Assembly: GCA_034530615.2 (NCBI GenBank)
Contig: JAVRCV020000039.1
Location: forward strand, 32,001 to 96,000
DNA length: 64,000 nucleotides
Origin: Aulosira sp. ZfuVER01
GTDB taxonomy: Bacteria; Cyanobacteriota; Cyanobacteriia; Cyanobacteriales; Nostocaceae
Direction of reading: 5' to 3'
Translations under genes and position numbers: made by a program
In this document: piece after piece, positions 19,869-29,660 of the stretch
How positions within the stretch are numbered: the stretch's first letter is position 1
Layout: each line of letters starts with the position of its first letter
The notes under the pieces: generated by a model
The model's database searches: none
What the model saw: the letters and a program-made list of their open reading frames with translations, nothing else
Told to the model about the DNA's origin: nothing

Positions 19869-20741
19869 TTATTTCTGCGTAAAGAAAGCCACCTTATCTT
19901 GTCCTGCGGTCATATAAGCACAAGCCATATGTGATGAGTTATACGCCCAGCCTACCCTTCCTTGACGATCTAGGAGAATGCACCCGGCTTCACCTTTCAC
20001 TTTAGATTTCAAAGCCTCAATCGCCATCTGCGCGGCTTCGTCTGGGTGTCTGTCTCCAGTTAAGAAATCGATCGCAGTTTTAGCTAAAACCACTGGGATA
20101 ATCGACTCGCCATCACCTGTTGTTGAGCAAGCGCCGAGCTTATTATCAGCATACAAGCCAGAGCCAACAACCGCAGTGTCACCAACGCGACCTTGTTGCT
20201 GCTTCGTAGTCCCGCCAGTTGAAGTGCCAGCAGCTAAAATGCCACTAGCATCTAAAGCTACACAGCCTACGGTGTTAGGGCGATCGATTACTTTTTGATC
20301 TTCCTTCCATTGTTGCCACTGCTCCTCGGCTACTAAGTCCTCTTTTTTACACATTTCGGCTCCGCAGTCGGCGGCGAAGCGTTCTGCACCCCGCGCTACT
20401 AACAGTCTGGGTTTGTCATCCATAATCTTGCGTGCAACAGAGATTGGATGACGAATACCCTGAACGGCTGCAACTGCTCCCCAACTTAAGGAGCCTTCCA
20501 TCATTGCTGCGTCTAACTCCACTTCTCCATCGCTGTTGAGAGTTGCACCCAGACTGGCGTTAAATGTCGGATCTGCTTCCAGTACTCGGATAGCGGCTTC
20601 CACCGCTTCTGCGGCACTACCACCACTGATAAGTACTGCCCAACCGGCTTCTGCTGCTGCTGTGCAGCCTGCATTGTTAGCAGCAATTTTTTCTTCTGTG
20701 ATGGTTTTCGCTCCACCGTGAACGATGATCGTCGGTATCAT
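19869..20741 (-). CDS. iaaA: Isoaspartyl peptidase / plant-type L-asparaginase (Ntn hydrolase)
   Basis: VHGGA, FNA.LG, ELDAAMM, N-TVGCVALD (nucleophilic Thr), TSTGG, GRVGDT, TTGDGE. Confidence 0.9.
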   Translation of the reverse strand: MIPTIIVHGGAKTITEEKIAANNAGCTAAAEAGWAVLISGGSAAEAVEAAIRVLEADPTFNASLGATLNSDGEVELDAAMMEGSLSWGAVAAVQGIRHPISVARKIMDDKPRLLVARGAERFAADCGAEMCKKEDLVAEEQWQQWKEDQKVIDRPNTVGCVALDASGILAAGTSTGGTTKQQQGRVGDTAVVGSGLYADNKLGACSTTGDGESIIPVVLAKTAIDFLTGDRHPDEAAQMAIEALKSKVKGEAGCILLDRQGRVGWAYNSSHMACAYMTAGQDKVAFFTQK

Positions 20742-20755
20742 AAAATTTCCTTTAG

Positions 20756-22444
20756 TTAGTATGAATTTTGCGGGACAGAAATCGCATCCAGAGGTTCGTC
20801 AATTAATTTGAGCGATCGCATTTTTAATGTCTCTAAACCTAAATGGTGAGCTGCTGAGATAAACACAGCTTCAGGATACTTTTGTTGAGCTTCAGTCAAA
20901 GTTTCCTTATTTACATGGTCAATCTTGTTAAAAACAATCAAACTCTTTTCAGGGATTTCAGGCATTTCTGCCAGTATTTCTTCTACACTCACGATATGGT
21001 TCTCCCAAGCTGGATGGGATAAATCCACGACATGAAGCATCGCATCTGCCTCAATTACTTCCTCCAATGTGGCGCGAAAAGCATCCATCAGTGGTGGTGG
21101 GAGTTCGTGAATAAACCCTACAGTATCTGTGAGCAGAATTGACCGACGTTCTTTTGTTTCTGGTTCTATAATTACTACCTTGCGCGTTGTCGGGTCGAGG
21201 GTGGCGAAGAGTTGGTCTGCGGTGTAAACCTCTGCATTAGTTAACACATTCAACAGAGTAGATTTACCTGCATTGGTATAGCCTACTAATGCCAAAACCG
21301 GAATTTCTTGCTCTTGTCGTTGTTGTCTAATACGGGCGCGATGTTCCTGTAACTGGTTGACTTCTTGCTGTAGTTGCGCAATTCGCCGTTGAATTACTCG
21401 CCGTTCTGTCTCTAATTTTGTTTCACCAGGCCCTCGCGTACCAATCCCCGCACCTAATCGAGACATCTGCTGACCGCGACCGCGTAGCCGAGGTAACATA
21501 TATTCGAGTTGCGCTAATTCTACTTGTAATTTACCTTCTTGAGTGCGAGCGCGTTGAGCGAAAATATCTAAAATTACTTCTGTGCGGTCTACAACTCGGA
21601 TGCCAATTTCTTGTTCTAAATTGCGGGCTTGAGATGCAGAAATATCTCGATCAAAAACAATCAAATTAGCTCCTAATTTTTGGGCTAAAAGCTTGATTTC
21701 TTCCACCTTTCCCTTACCAACAACAGTTTGCGGATGGGGGCGATCGCGCTTTTGCCGCATCATATCCAGTACAATTCCGCCAGCACTTTCAACCAAACGC
21801 ACCAGTTCAGCAAGTCCATCTTCAAACCGTTGCACAGATACGTCTTCTGTCTGCACTCCTACAAGTAGCACTCTATCTTGGTCAGAGACGATTTCTTGAG
21901 ATGAAAATACTCCCTCTCCTGCATCAGCGATTTCTTCTTCCCATTCCGCAACTAAAATATCAAATTCTTGTTCAGTTAAGTCATCTAAAGTTAGAGGCGG
22001 TGAAATCACCCAAGGATTTTCGGAATCGGGGAAAAGGTAAGCTAAAAAAGTGTCTTTTGCTTCGCCATCAACTACAGTTAATAAGACAAGAGCATCTAAG
22101 CGCTGACGTGTCATTGCAACTAATGCTGCTTCATCAGGTGATTCTGATTTAAATTGAGTACTAATACAACGAATTCCGCTTAAACGTTCTGCACTGCGAC
22201 GAGGCAATTCTTCAGGTGGAATTTGAGTTTGACTTTGTGTTCCTACGGCAATTCGGATAACTTGACCACGCCGATTGATATAACAACAAATTGGGTGATG
22301 GATGTCTGTACTTACCTTAGCTAAGGCTTGAGCAAATTCTGGCGTAATAAATCTATCTTGGGGTTGCCGTTGTTCATAAAGCTGCTGTAATCGTTTGATT
22401 TGACTTGCTTTTATTCCCTGAATATTGCCATAAATATTTTGCAT
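20756..22444 (-). CDS. hflX: GTPase HflX, long cyanobacterial form
   Basis: VGKGKVEEI, ILDIFAQRA, GPGETKLE, GYTNAGKS, LFATLDPT, DTVGF, NKID. Confidence 0.95.
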   Translation of the reverse strand: MQNIYGNIQGIKASQIKRLQQLYEQRQPQDRFITPEFAQALAKVSTDIHHPICCYINRRGQVIRIAVGTQSQTQIPPEELPRRSAERLSGIRCISTQFKSESPDEAALVAMTRQRLDALVLLTVVDGEAKDTFLAYLFPDSENPWVISPPLTLDDLTEQEFDILVAEWEEEIADAGEGVFSSQEIVSDQDRVLLVGVQTEDVSVQRFEDGLAELVRLVESAGGIVLDMMRQKRDRPHPQTVVGKGKVEEIKLLAQKLGANLIVFDRDISASQARNLEQEIGIRVVDRTEVILDIFAQRARTQEGKLQVELAQLEYMLPRLRGRGQQMSRLGAGIGTRGPGETKLETERRVIQRRIAQLQQEVNQLQEHRARIRQQRQEQEIPVLALVGYTNAGKSTLLNVLTNAEVYTADQLFATLDPTTRKVVIIEPETKERRSILLTDTVGFIHELPPPLMDAFRATLEEVIEADAMLHVVDLSHPAWENHIVSVEEILAEMPEIPEKSLIVFNKIDHVNKETLTEAQQKYPEAVFISAAHHLGLETLKMRSLKLIDEPLDAISVPQNSY

Positions 22445-22666
22445 ACTACTATCAGTTGAAAAAAATTTTTTAATCCTGTGTTTTTAAGTCAAAGGTAGAA
22501 GCGAAAATTCTCTACAAAAGAGGCTTATATTATGTCTACCTACTTATAATTAGCTATCTTAAATATTGATTGTATCTACCAAGCGGAATAAGAAAATTTC
22601 TAATACCTCTACAACTTGATAACTTTAAGATTGATTAATATCCTCTTCGGAGGATTAGTGAGAAAA

Positions 22667-22806
22667 CGTCATTGCGAGTGGAACGAAGCAATGGCAGAGA
22701 CTTTGTGATGCTACTCTACCCTTCTCCTGACGGAGACGCTATGCGAACGGGAACGCCTAACGGCGAACAAGAAACCACTGTGGATCTACGCTTCGCTCGC
22801 AATGGC
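22667..22806. repeat. Composite small dispersed repeat: palindromic shell with nested inserts
   Basis: GTCATTGCGAG..GAAGC ... GCTTCGCTCGCAATGGC shell; inner TTCTCC..CGGAGACGCTATGCGAAC and GGGAACGCC..CGGCGAAC units. Confidence 0.55.
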
Positions 22807-22920
22807 AAGTATTTAGCCGAACACGATATAACCTGGTAAATAATATTTGCTGCCTGTTTGATGCTGCCTGCTTGTTGAATTGATTGCTGAATTTTTTGCG
22901 TTTTCTTTCTATATCTTGCC

Positions 22921-25179
22921 CTAGCTTCTTTCTGCCACGTAGCGAGAAATTGCACTATCAAGGTGTGGCATTAACTCACCTCGACTACTACCGAGAACGC
23001 TGTAAGCTGGGCGGGGAGCAATAAAACCTAGTTCTTGCGTAGGCACAGAAATTAAACTGCTGATACTCACACCTGCTTTTTTCGCTGCTAACCGTGCCAA
23101 TTCGTCCCAAGCTACAGCACCTTTGTTAGCCAAGTGCCACAGACCTTTCTCGCCATCAATCAGCAAATCAAGGCTGGTATGGACTAGATCGGGTACATAG
23201 GTAGGTGAGATGATCGCATCTTCTGCGGCTACAAAAGTATTACCTGCTGCTAATTGTTGCAAGGCGATGGTGACGAAGTTGTACTCATCCCACGGGCCGA
23301 AAAATGCACTGGTACGAATCACCAGAGATGCTGGATGCGCCTGCAATACTAGCTTTTCTGCCAAAACTTTGCTGCACCCATATATATTGAGGGGGGCAAC
23401 GCTATCCGTTTCGATATAAGGATTAGAGACAGCACCATCAAATACTAAATCTGATGAAAATGTTAGCAGTGCCAGATGATGTTGAGCGCAAGCGGCAGCT
23501 AGAATTGCTGGGCCTTCAGCATTCACCTGCAAACAAATATGGGGTTCGCGTTCTGCATCGTCTACTCGCACGTATCCCGCAGCGTTCACAACTGCCCACG
23601 GTTTTAACTCAGCAAGCACTGCTTCCACAGAAGCAAGATTAGCAATGTCCATATCTTGGCGTGTCAGCAAGCGGTATGAAATTCCTCGCACTTCGCACAA
23701 CCGCGCAAAAGCCTTGCCTAGAGTGCCTGTAGCTCCCACTATCACTAGAGGACGAGGGGAGGCAGGGGAGCAAGGGAGCAGGGGAGCAGGGGAGATTGTA
23801 GAACCTAATTCTCCTCTGCCCCTCTGCCCCTCTGCTCCTGTGCTTTTGCCACAGCTAACTGCTGGATAAGCCAAACGCACTGGTCGATGCCACCATCCTG
23901 GTGTGTCAAGTATTGGGTGATTGGGTTGACGCCCTGCGGCTAAATCTTGCACCATTTTAGCGATCGCTGTCGGGCGGGGACGTAACGAACGCAAATCAAA
24001 TACGCCTGACTCGTAGTGTCCTAAAGAGCGAGTTAGCAAACTATTCCAATCGTAGCTGCCCAGAAGCGCCCAAGCCGTCACAGCACGAACATCTACACCC
24101 CGATCTCGTAGCTCTTGGGCTGCATTCCACACTTCATTGAGCCAGCGTAATTGCTCTTCACGGGTGCAACTGAGGTGAACTTCAGTGATAGCTAGGGGCA
24201 GTTGATAGCGTTCCCATGCTTCTTTGAGCAATGTCCGCGGCCCTGCTGCACCTTCAGCACAAACTCGCACTGCCTCAATATCTGCATAGTTGTCCCGCCC
24301 ATTGCCTCCATGTGTCCAAACTGGATAATTTTCTAGATGTTCATCCAAAAAGCGATCGCTAGTCAGGTAATGATTAATGCCGATAATGTCGGGCGGACAG
24401 GGATTTGGTAAAAATATTTCTAGTTCAGCCTCGCTGATACCACAGTAACGTAAGTAACTCCACATGGCATGATTTGGAGTAATTCGACCGCACAATAAAT
24501 CAAAACTCAACCAGCGGCGTTCGTTCTCAAATTCTGCTTGATAAGCCAGCTTTGGTGTACTGTAAATCTTACCCAAATCCTCGGTTTGTACGAGTTGGGC
24601 ATTGGGGCTTACTTCGCGGATTGCTTGCATTGAAAGTGCGATCGCCCGGCACTCGCCCAACAAAGCACGGGCGAAAGTTAAATCGTCCTGTCCGTGAGGA
24701 TACCAGTGTCCGTACATCCCACTAAATCGTGCTGTTGTTAGCGGCTCGTTTATTGGTGTGTAATGTGTAACCCAAGGATAGCGTTTCGCCACCGCACGGG
24801 CAAAAACTGCTAATTTCTCAGGAAATTCTGGGTCTACCAAGCTCGTATTACGCGGGCCGCTGCCATGATGTACTAATCCCACAATCGGACGGATACTGAG
24901 TTCGCGTAAGCGTTCTAGTCGTTCATCCGCCCACGACCAGTCAGCATTCTCCAATCCGTTCGGTGCTATGCGTTCCCACAGCACTGGGTAGCGGATAGCC
25001 TGTATACCTAGTTCAGCGAATAAATCTAGGTCATCCAAACGCATTGCATGACCATTGCGTTCTAACTGATCGAAATACTCTTCACCCACACGATTAACCG
25101 TACACTCAACACCAGCCCACACTTCTAGGGGAAGCTGTGATTTAGTAGTCCTGAGCGTCGAGTCGAAAGCAGAAGCCAT
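22921..25179 (-). CDS. Fusion of a GH1-like glycoside hydrolase and an RmlD-like SDR reductase
   Basis: WAGVECT, RYPVLWE, TPINEP, ITEVH in the N-terminal half; GATGTLG, NAAGY, SSDLVFDG, YGCSK, SPTY in the C-terminal half. Confidence 0.88.
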   Translation of the reverse strand: MASAFDSTLRTTKSQLPLEVWAGVECTVNRVGEEYFDQLERNGHAMRLDDLDLFAELGIQAIRYPVLWERIAPNGLENADWSWADERLERLRELSIRPIVGLVHHGSGPRNTSLVDPEFPEKLAVFARAVAKRYPWVTHYTPINEPLTTARFSGMYGHWYPHGQDDLTFARALLGECRAIALSMQAIREVSPNAQLVQTEDLGKIYSTPKLAYQAEFENERRWLSFDLLCGRITPNHAMWSYLRYCGISEAELEIFLPNPCPPDIIGINHYLTSDRFLDEHLENYPVWTHGGNGRDNYADIEAVRVCAEGAAGPRTLLKEAWERYQLPLAITEVHLSCTREEQLRWLNEVWNAAQELRDRGVDVRAVTAWALLGSYDWNSLLTRSLGHYESGVFDLRSLRPRPTAIAKMVQDLAAGRQPNHPILDTPGWWHRPVRLAYPAVSCGKSTGAEGQRGRGELGSTISPAPLLPCSPASPRPLVIVGATGTLGKAFARLCEVRGISYRLLTRQDMDIANLASVEAVLAELKPWAVVNAAGYVRVDDAEREPHICLQVNAEGPAILAAACAQHHLALLTFSSDLVFDGAVSNPYIETDSVAPLNIYGCSKVLAEKLVLQAHPASLVIRTSAFFGPWDEYNFVTIALQQLAAGNTFVAAEDAIISPTYVPDLVHTSLDLLIDGEKGLWHLANKGAVAWDELARLAAKKAGVSISSLISVPTQELGFIAPRPAYSVLGSSRGELMPHLDSAISRYVAERS
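23755..23843. repeat. Octamer tandem repeats inside the GH1-RmlD coding linker
   Basis: (GCAGGGGA)x~4 then (CCCCTCTG)x~4; translate as GAEGQRGRG...SPAPLLPCSPASP. Confidence 0.8.
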
Positions 25180-25241
25180 ATTAAAATTCAAGCCGATATT
25201 TGGTTTTTTAGGAAAGGCAGAGGGCAGAAGGCAGAAGTTTT

Positions 25242-25321
25242 GTAGGGTGCGTTATGGACATTAGTCCTAACGCACCGAAAATCTCGGATGGTGCGTTGCG
25301 CTACGCGACAACACACCCTAC
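25242..25321. repeat. REP-like inverted pair (GTAGGGTGCGTT...CACCCTAC)
   Basis: Two GGTGCGTT..AAC(G/A)CACC hairpins bounded by GTAG/CTAC; preceded by GGCAGAA heptamers. Confidence 0.7.
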
Positions 25322-25336
25322 TTACTTACGAATTAA

Positions 25337-27775
25337 TTAAGCCTTAACTGCAATTTGCTTGTATACAGAAAGAGCCTGAGCGACACATTGATCCATGTTG
25401 TAGTACTTGTAGGTCGCCAGTCTGCCGACAAAATATACTCCTGGTGTGGTATCAGACAGCACCTTATATTGCTTATACATTTCGTTATTTTCCGGACGTG
25501 GTATAGGGTAGTAAGGATCGCCCTCACCCTTGGGAAATTCGTATACAATACTGCTTTTAGAGTGTTCTTGACCAGTCAAGTACTTAAACTCTGTCACACG
25601 GGTATAAAGGTGTTCATTGGGATAGTTAATCACTGGCGCTGGTTGAAACACAGTAGTGTTGTGTGTCTCATGCTTAAAATCGAGCGATCGATATGGTAGT
25701 TTGCCGTAGCGATAATCAAAGAACTCATCAACTGGGCCTGTGTAAACCATTTCCCGGCAAGGGATGGCTTTTTGAATTTCTCGGTAATCTGTGTTCAGCA
25801 TTACCTTAATATTCGGGTGATTGAGCATATTCTCAAACATCCGAGTAAAGCCGTGTAGTGGCATTGCTTGGTAAGTATCTGTAAAATAGCGATTGTCGCG
25901 GTTATTGCGTGTAGGTATCCGGGCAATTACTGATTTATCCAGTTCTGATGGGTCGAGTCCCCATTGCTTGCGGGTATAACCCCGGAAAAACTTTTCATAG
26001 AGTTCTCGACCAACTTTACTTACCACCACATCCTCACTATTGCGGATGTGTTCTATTGGTTCAGCAAGTGATTTGTAAAATTCCTGCACCTCAAATGAAT
26101 TCAGATTCATGCCATACAGCTTGTTGATGGTGTCGAGGTTGATGGGAATCGGAACAAGTTGTCCGTCTACACTTGCAAGAACGCGATGTTCGTAAGACCG
26201 CCATTGAGTAAAGCGTGAGAGGTATTCAAAGACTTCGCGAGAGTTGGTGTGAAAGATATGAGGGCCGTATTTGTGTACGAGAATGCCATGATCGTCATAA
26301 TGATCGTAAGCATTGCCGCCGATGTGATTGCGCTTGTCTACAATCAATATTTTTTTACCGGACTGACTTGCCAAACGTTCCGCGATCGCGCTACCAGAAA
26401 AACCAGCGCCGACAATCAAGTAATCAAAGACAAAATCTCTGGTAATGATATTTGGTGCTTGTGTACTCGCCGCACCTGTGGAGTTAGCTTTGTCTTCACT
26501 ATCACGGGCTGCGATCGCAGAGTCAATCAGTTTCATCATTGATGCCCAAGTCCGATCCCAAGAAATCTTTTCTAAAAAAGCATCTACTCGACTCAACCAT
26601 TCTGATGTTCTTGTGTCCTCTTGCATTGCTTGTTCGGCGGCGGTGACGAACTCAGAAACTGTGTCTGCAATTCGCACCAGTTTCGATTCTCCGTAAGGGC
26701 GCACTACATCTCTAATTGAGGTAGATACTACAGGCCTACCTGCGGCAAGATATTCTGGAGTTTTGGTAGGGCTAATAAAGCGTGTTGACTCATTACGCGC
26801 AAATGGCAACATTGCTAAATCCCACCCTGCTAAATATGCAGGTAGCTGTTTATAGTCTCTACCACCGAGATAATGTATATTCTCGCGCTGTGGTAGAGTT
26901 GCTGGATCGATTTTGACAACTGGCCCAATCATCACCAGATGCCAATCTGGACGTGCTTCAGCAATCCCAGCAAGCAGTTCGATATCCATCCGTTCATCAA
27001 TTACGCCAAAGAATCCCAGGCGAGGATGGGGAATATGGGCTTGATCTGCTGGTTCGGAAATAGTTCTTGCTTGCGCAAAGTGTGGAACATCTACACTGCT
27101 GGGAAATGCATAGACGTTTGAGTGCTGGTTAACTTTACTTTCATAAAGGCTTTGTCCCCCTGTAAATACTAGGTCTGCAATGCGGAATAGTTCAGCTTCG
27201 TAATTCTTTAAAGTGGGTGATGCACCTTTGAATGCAGACAATTCATCCATGCAATCGTACACCACGGCTTGGGGTTGCAAATGGCGAGTAAAAGCGATCG
27301 CCATTGGTGTGTAATACCAACAAATGTATTTGTTTATTTTATGCTCGACAAGCAAAGCATCAATTAAAACCTGTAAATCTGCGTTGATTGCTTCTTCGCT
27401 CATACCTTGTGGTAAGTGTGGCACAACCACAACTACGCCACTAGAATCTTCGTTGATATCTAACCTTGCTAAAGGTTCTGGGGAGAAAATTGGCTCCTCA
27501 ATAAAGAATACTCGCTTTCCTTGAGCGCAGCGGCTAAGAAGATGTTGTGGTCTTTGATAGACGAAATTCCAACGCAAATGAGATAAGCAAACTATGTCAG
27601 GTGTATCTTTAAAAGTTTCTGTTGGTTGAATCTTTTTATTTGATGAACTTGAATGCACCAGTGATGTACTTGATGATTGCATTTCTTCTAGCTGCGATCG
27701 CTTCCTTGTACGCTGGTTGGGCGAAATAATATTACCGACACCGTTGTTTTTGACTTTAGCTTTTTCACTTTGCAT
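25337..27775 (-). CDS. glf: Fusion of a GT-B glycosyltransferase and UDP-galactopyranose mutase
   Basis: SHLRWNFVYQRPQH, YDCMDELS, SPTKTPEYLAAG in the N-terminal half; VGAGFSG, HIGGNAYD, YGPHIFHT, GRLATYKYYNMDQ in the C-terminal half. Confidence 0.93.
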   Translation of the reverse strand: MQSEKAKVKNNGVGNIISPNQRTRKRSQLEEMQSSSTSLVHSSSSNKKIQPTETFKDTPDIVCLSHLRWNFVYQRPQHLLSRCAQGKRVFFIEEPIFSPEPLARLDINEDSSGVVVVVPHLPQGMSEEAINADLQVLIDALLVEHKINKYICWYYTPMAIAFTRHLQPQAVVYDCMDELSAFKGASPTLKNYEAELFRIADLVFTGGQSLYESKVNQHSNVYAFPSSVDVPHFAQARTISEPADQAHIPHPRLGFFGVIDERMDIELLAGIAEARPDWHLVMIGPVVKIDPATLPQRENIHYLGGRDYKQLPAYLAGWDLAMLPFARNESTRFISPTKTPEYLAAGRPVVSTSIRDVVRPYGESKLVRIADTVSEFVTAAEQAMQEDTRTSEWLSRVDAFLEKISWDRTWASMMKLIDSAIAARDSEDKANSTGAASTQAPNIITRDFVFDYLIVGAGFSGSAIAERLASQSGKKILIVDKRNHIGGNAYDHYDDHGILVHKYGPHIFHTNSREVFEYLSRFTQWRSYEHRVLASVDGQLVPIPINLDTINKLYGMNLNSFEVQEFYKSLAEPIEHIRNSEDVVVSKVGRELYEKFFRGYTRKQWGLDPSELDKSVIARIPTRNNRDNRYFTDTYQAMPLHGFTRMFENMLNHPNIKVMLNTDYREIQKAIPCREMVYTGPVDEFFDYRYGKLPYRSLDFKHETHNTTVFQPAPVINYPNEHLYTRVTEFKYLTGQEHSKSSIVYEFPKGEGDPYYPIPRPENNEMYKQYKVLSDTTPGVYFVGRLATYKYYNMDQCVAQALSVYKQIAVKA

Positions 27776-28596
27776 AAAAGCTCGCTATCATTGCTTATGT
27801 TTATTAATCTTGCCTAGCAAATCTTTAATACCTTTTCTTTATCAGGCAGCGCCAAACCAACTTTCAGTCACAAGCTGGTAATATATTTTGGCGCATATTT
27901 ATATAGAATTGCTACAATTGATTTCGTTGTACACTTATTAATAATAAGAATTTTTATAGCTTTCTCATCTGCCAAAGTAAATATAAATTTTAATTTTAAA
28001 ATAACTCTAGAGTATTATATTTTTATCCATATCTAAATAATTAAATATAGCTCAAATGCCACATAAATGAATATTTATGTATGTGGCATATATGTGAAAA
28101 AATATTTAATATTATGTCTCTATGAATAACAGTGCTACAGCAATTTAAAGAATGTTTGTAGCACCTATCACATTATTTGTTATTGCAAGGCTTTTTCTAA
28201 ATTTACTGATAAAATTAGTTTTAGTCTGTTCGGTTGCGTACACAATAAATTTAAAATTATTGGTTGGTAATAGCTATAGGAAATTTGATAAATAGAGTAG
28301 ATTTACTACCTAATTGTCTGACTCCTAAGAGCTAATTTGTAAACTAGAGTAAAATCTTTGTCTGGTAAGGATTTCAGGAATCTGAGCCAATCAAGCCTTT
28401 ATTCCTTGAAAGTCATACTCAGCAATAAACTTAAAATCCAGACGTTGCTGATTGATGGGACAAATTTTGTTTCGTGCATAGACACGCAGCGCCTACCCTA
28501 GGGGAAGCTGCAAAGGCGCGAGTGTGCCATACTTGTGTGTTATACCTCAGGCTAACATACTAAAATCTGGGAATGGTGCGTTAGCCTACGACTGGA

Positions 28597-28821
28597 TTAA
28601 TAAGTAAAACCAAAGAAAAATCCGAACACAGTACCTATTAATGCACATACCTGCATAACCTTTATCGGCTCTACGTATTTATCTATGTATTTATTTATCC
28701 TAAATTTCGGTTTGACTAAAGATAAAAATGTACTCAGTACTAAATAAAAGACCAATGGAGTAATACCTCCTAGAAGAAATCCTTGAAAAGCCCAAGCTAA
28801 TCCAAAAAAAATCGAGGACAT
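28597..28821 (-). CDS. Small hypothetical membrane protein
   Basis: 74-aa ORF with two hydrophobic segments; AT-rich. Confidence 0.4.
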   Translation of the reverse strand: MSSIFFGLAWAFQGFLLGGITPLVFYLVLSTFLSLVKPKFRINKYIDKYVEPIKVMQVCALIGTVFGFFFGFTY

Positions 28822-28965
28822 AGTTCTACTTATTTTTAATTAAGTACTTATACTTATTTACCATAAAAGTGCGCTTAAAAATACTTCATCTACTAAAAAA
28901 CCAAGTAGTATCAAGCTACTTGGCTGTTCTATCTTGAGCCGTTGGAGGCGTATTATTAGGATCTG

Positions 28966-29070
28966 TAAAGCGTATTCCTAGAGAAAACGAATTCAAACTA
29001 AAAGTATTGAAATAAGCTCCGGATAGATATGAAAGCCTACTCGCTTAACTTGCATCAAAAGATAGCTCAG
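28966..29070 (+). mobile_element. IS630-family left-end remnant
   Basis: ATG 29029 reads MKAYSLNLHQKIA, like the MKAYSLDLRQKI start of cyanobacterial IS630 transposases; TA-AAGCGTATTCC end-like sequence upstream; similarity is then lost. Confidence 0.55.
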
Positions 29071-29134
29071 CAGAACAAGTACATACAATTGAACAAACTC
29101 GGACTAATAATAATCAGCACCAAATCTGAGCTTA

Positions 29135-29539
29135 CTAACTATTTTGTAAATATTCAATTGCTGCCTCAAATTTGGAAGGATATCCTTCAGCAAATCTTTC
29201 AAACCACAGCCCTTCCGGTGAGAATGGATCTAGTTTGTCTAGCCATTCTTTTGCTTGACTTTTTAAAGCTTCTCGTTGTTTCGCTTTGAGTTTTTCTTGG
29301 CGAATTCGTTCTTGTTCTAGCTCTTGCTTTCGTTTCAACTCCTCAGCCATATCCCGTTCAACAAAATCAGCTTTAACTTCCTCCAATAGGCTATCTATTA
29401 AAGATGCTGCTTTTGGTGGAGCTTGGATGAATGCTTGGGTTATGTTTAGCTGAGATTGTGGCTGTGGCTGTGGCTGAGAGGGCTTTCCTTCTTCGTATTC
29501 AGTTTTGAGTTCGGCTAACAGCTTATCAATGCTATCCAT
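29135..29539 (-). CDS. Slr1339-family salt-stress protein
   Basis: MDSIDKLLAELK, coiled coil, A.EWL.KLDP.S.EGLWFE.FA..Y.SK.EAAIEYL. Confidence 0.75.
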   Translation of the reverse strand: MDSIDKLLAELKTEYEEGKPSQPQPQPQSQLNITQAFIQAPPKAASLIDSLLEEVKADFVERDMAEELKRKQELEQERIRQEKLKAKQREALKSQAKEWLDKLDPFSPEGLWFERFAEGYPSKFEAAIEYLQNS

Positions 29540-29564
29540 TTTTTCAGTCCTGTAAAAAAGATAG

Positions 29565-29660
29565 CTAGTACATCACGACGTAAATCAAACGACCATTTAA
29601 AATAGAGCAAAAGCACAGAATATAATTCTTTTGCCTTTTGACTTCGCGCAGCAGTACTAG
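29565..29660 (-). mobile_element. CTAG-bounded MITE-like repeat, copy 2 (inverted)
   Basis: Reverse complement reads CTAGTACTGCTGCGCGAAG...AAATGGTCGTTTGATTTACGTCGTGATGTACTAG. Confidence 0.7.

Noticed and set aside
29029..29289. 86-aa ORF as a real gene
   Set aside because: Only the first ~13 codons resemble an IS630 transposase; the rest runs antisense into the Slr1339-like gene
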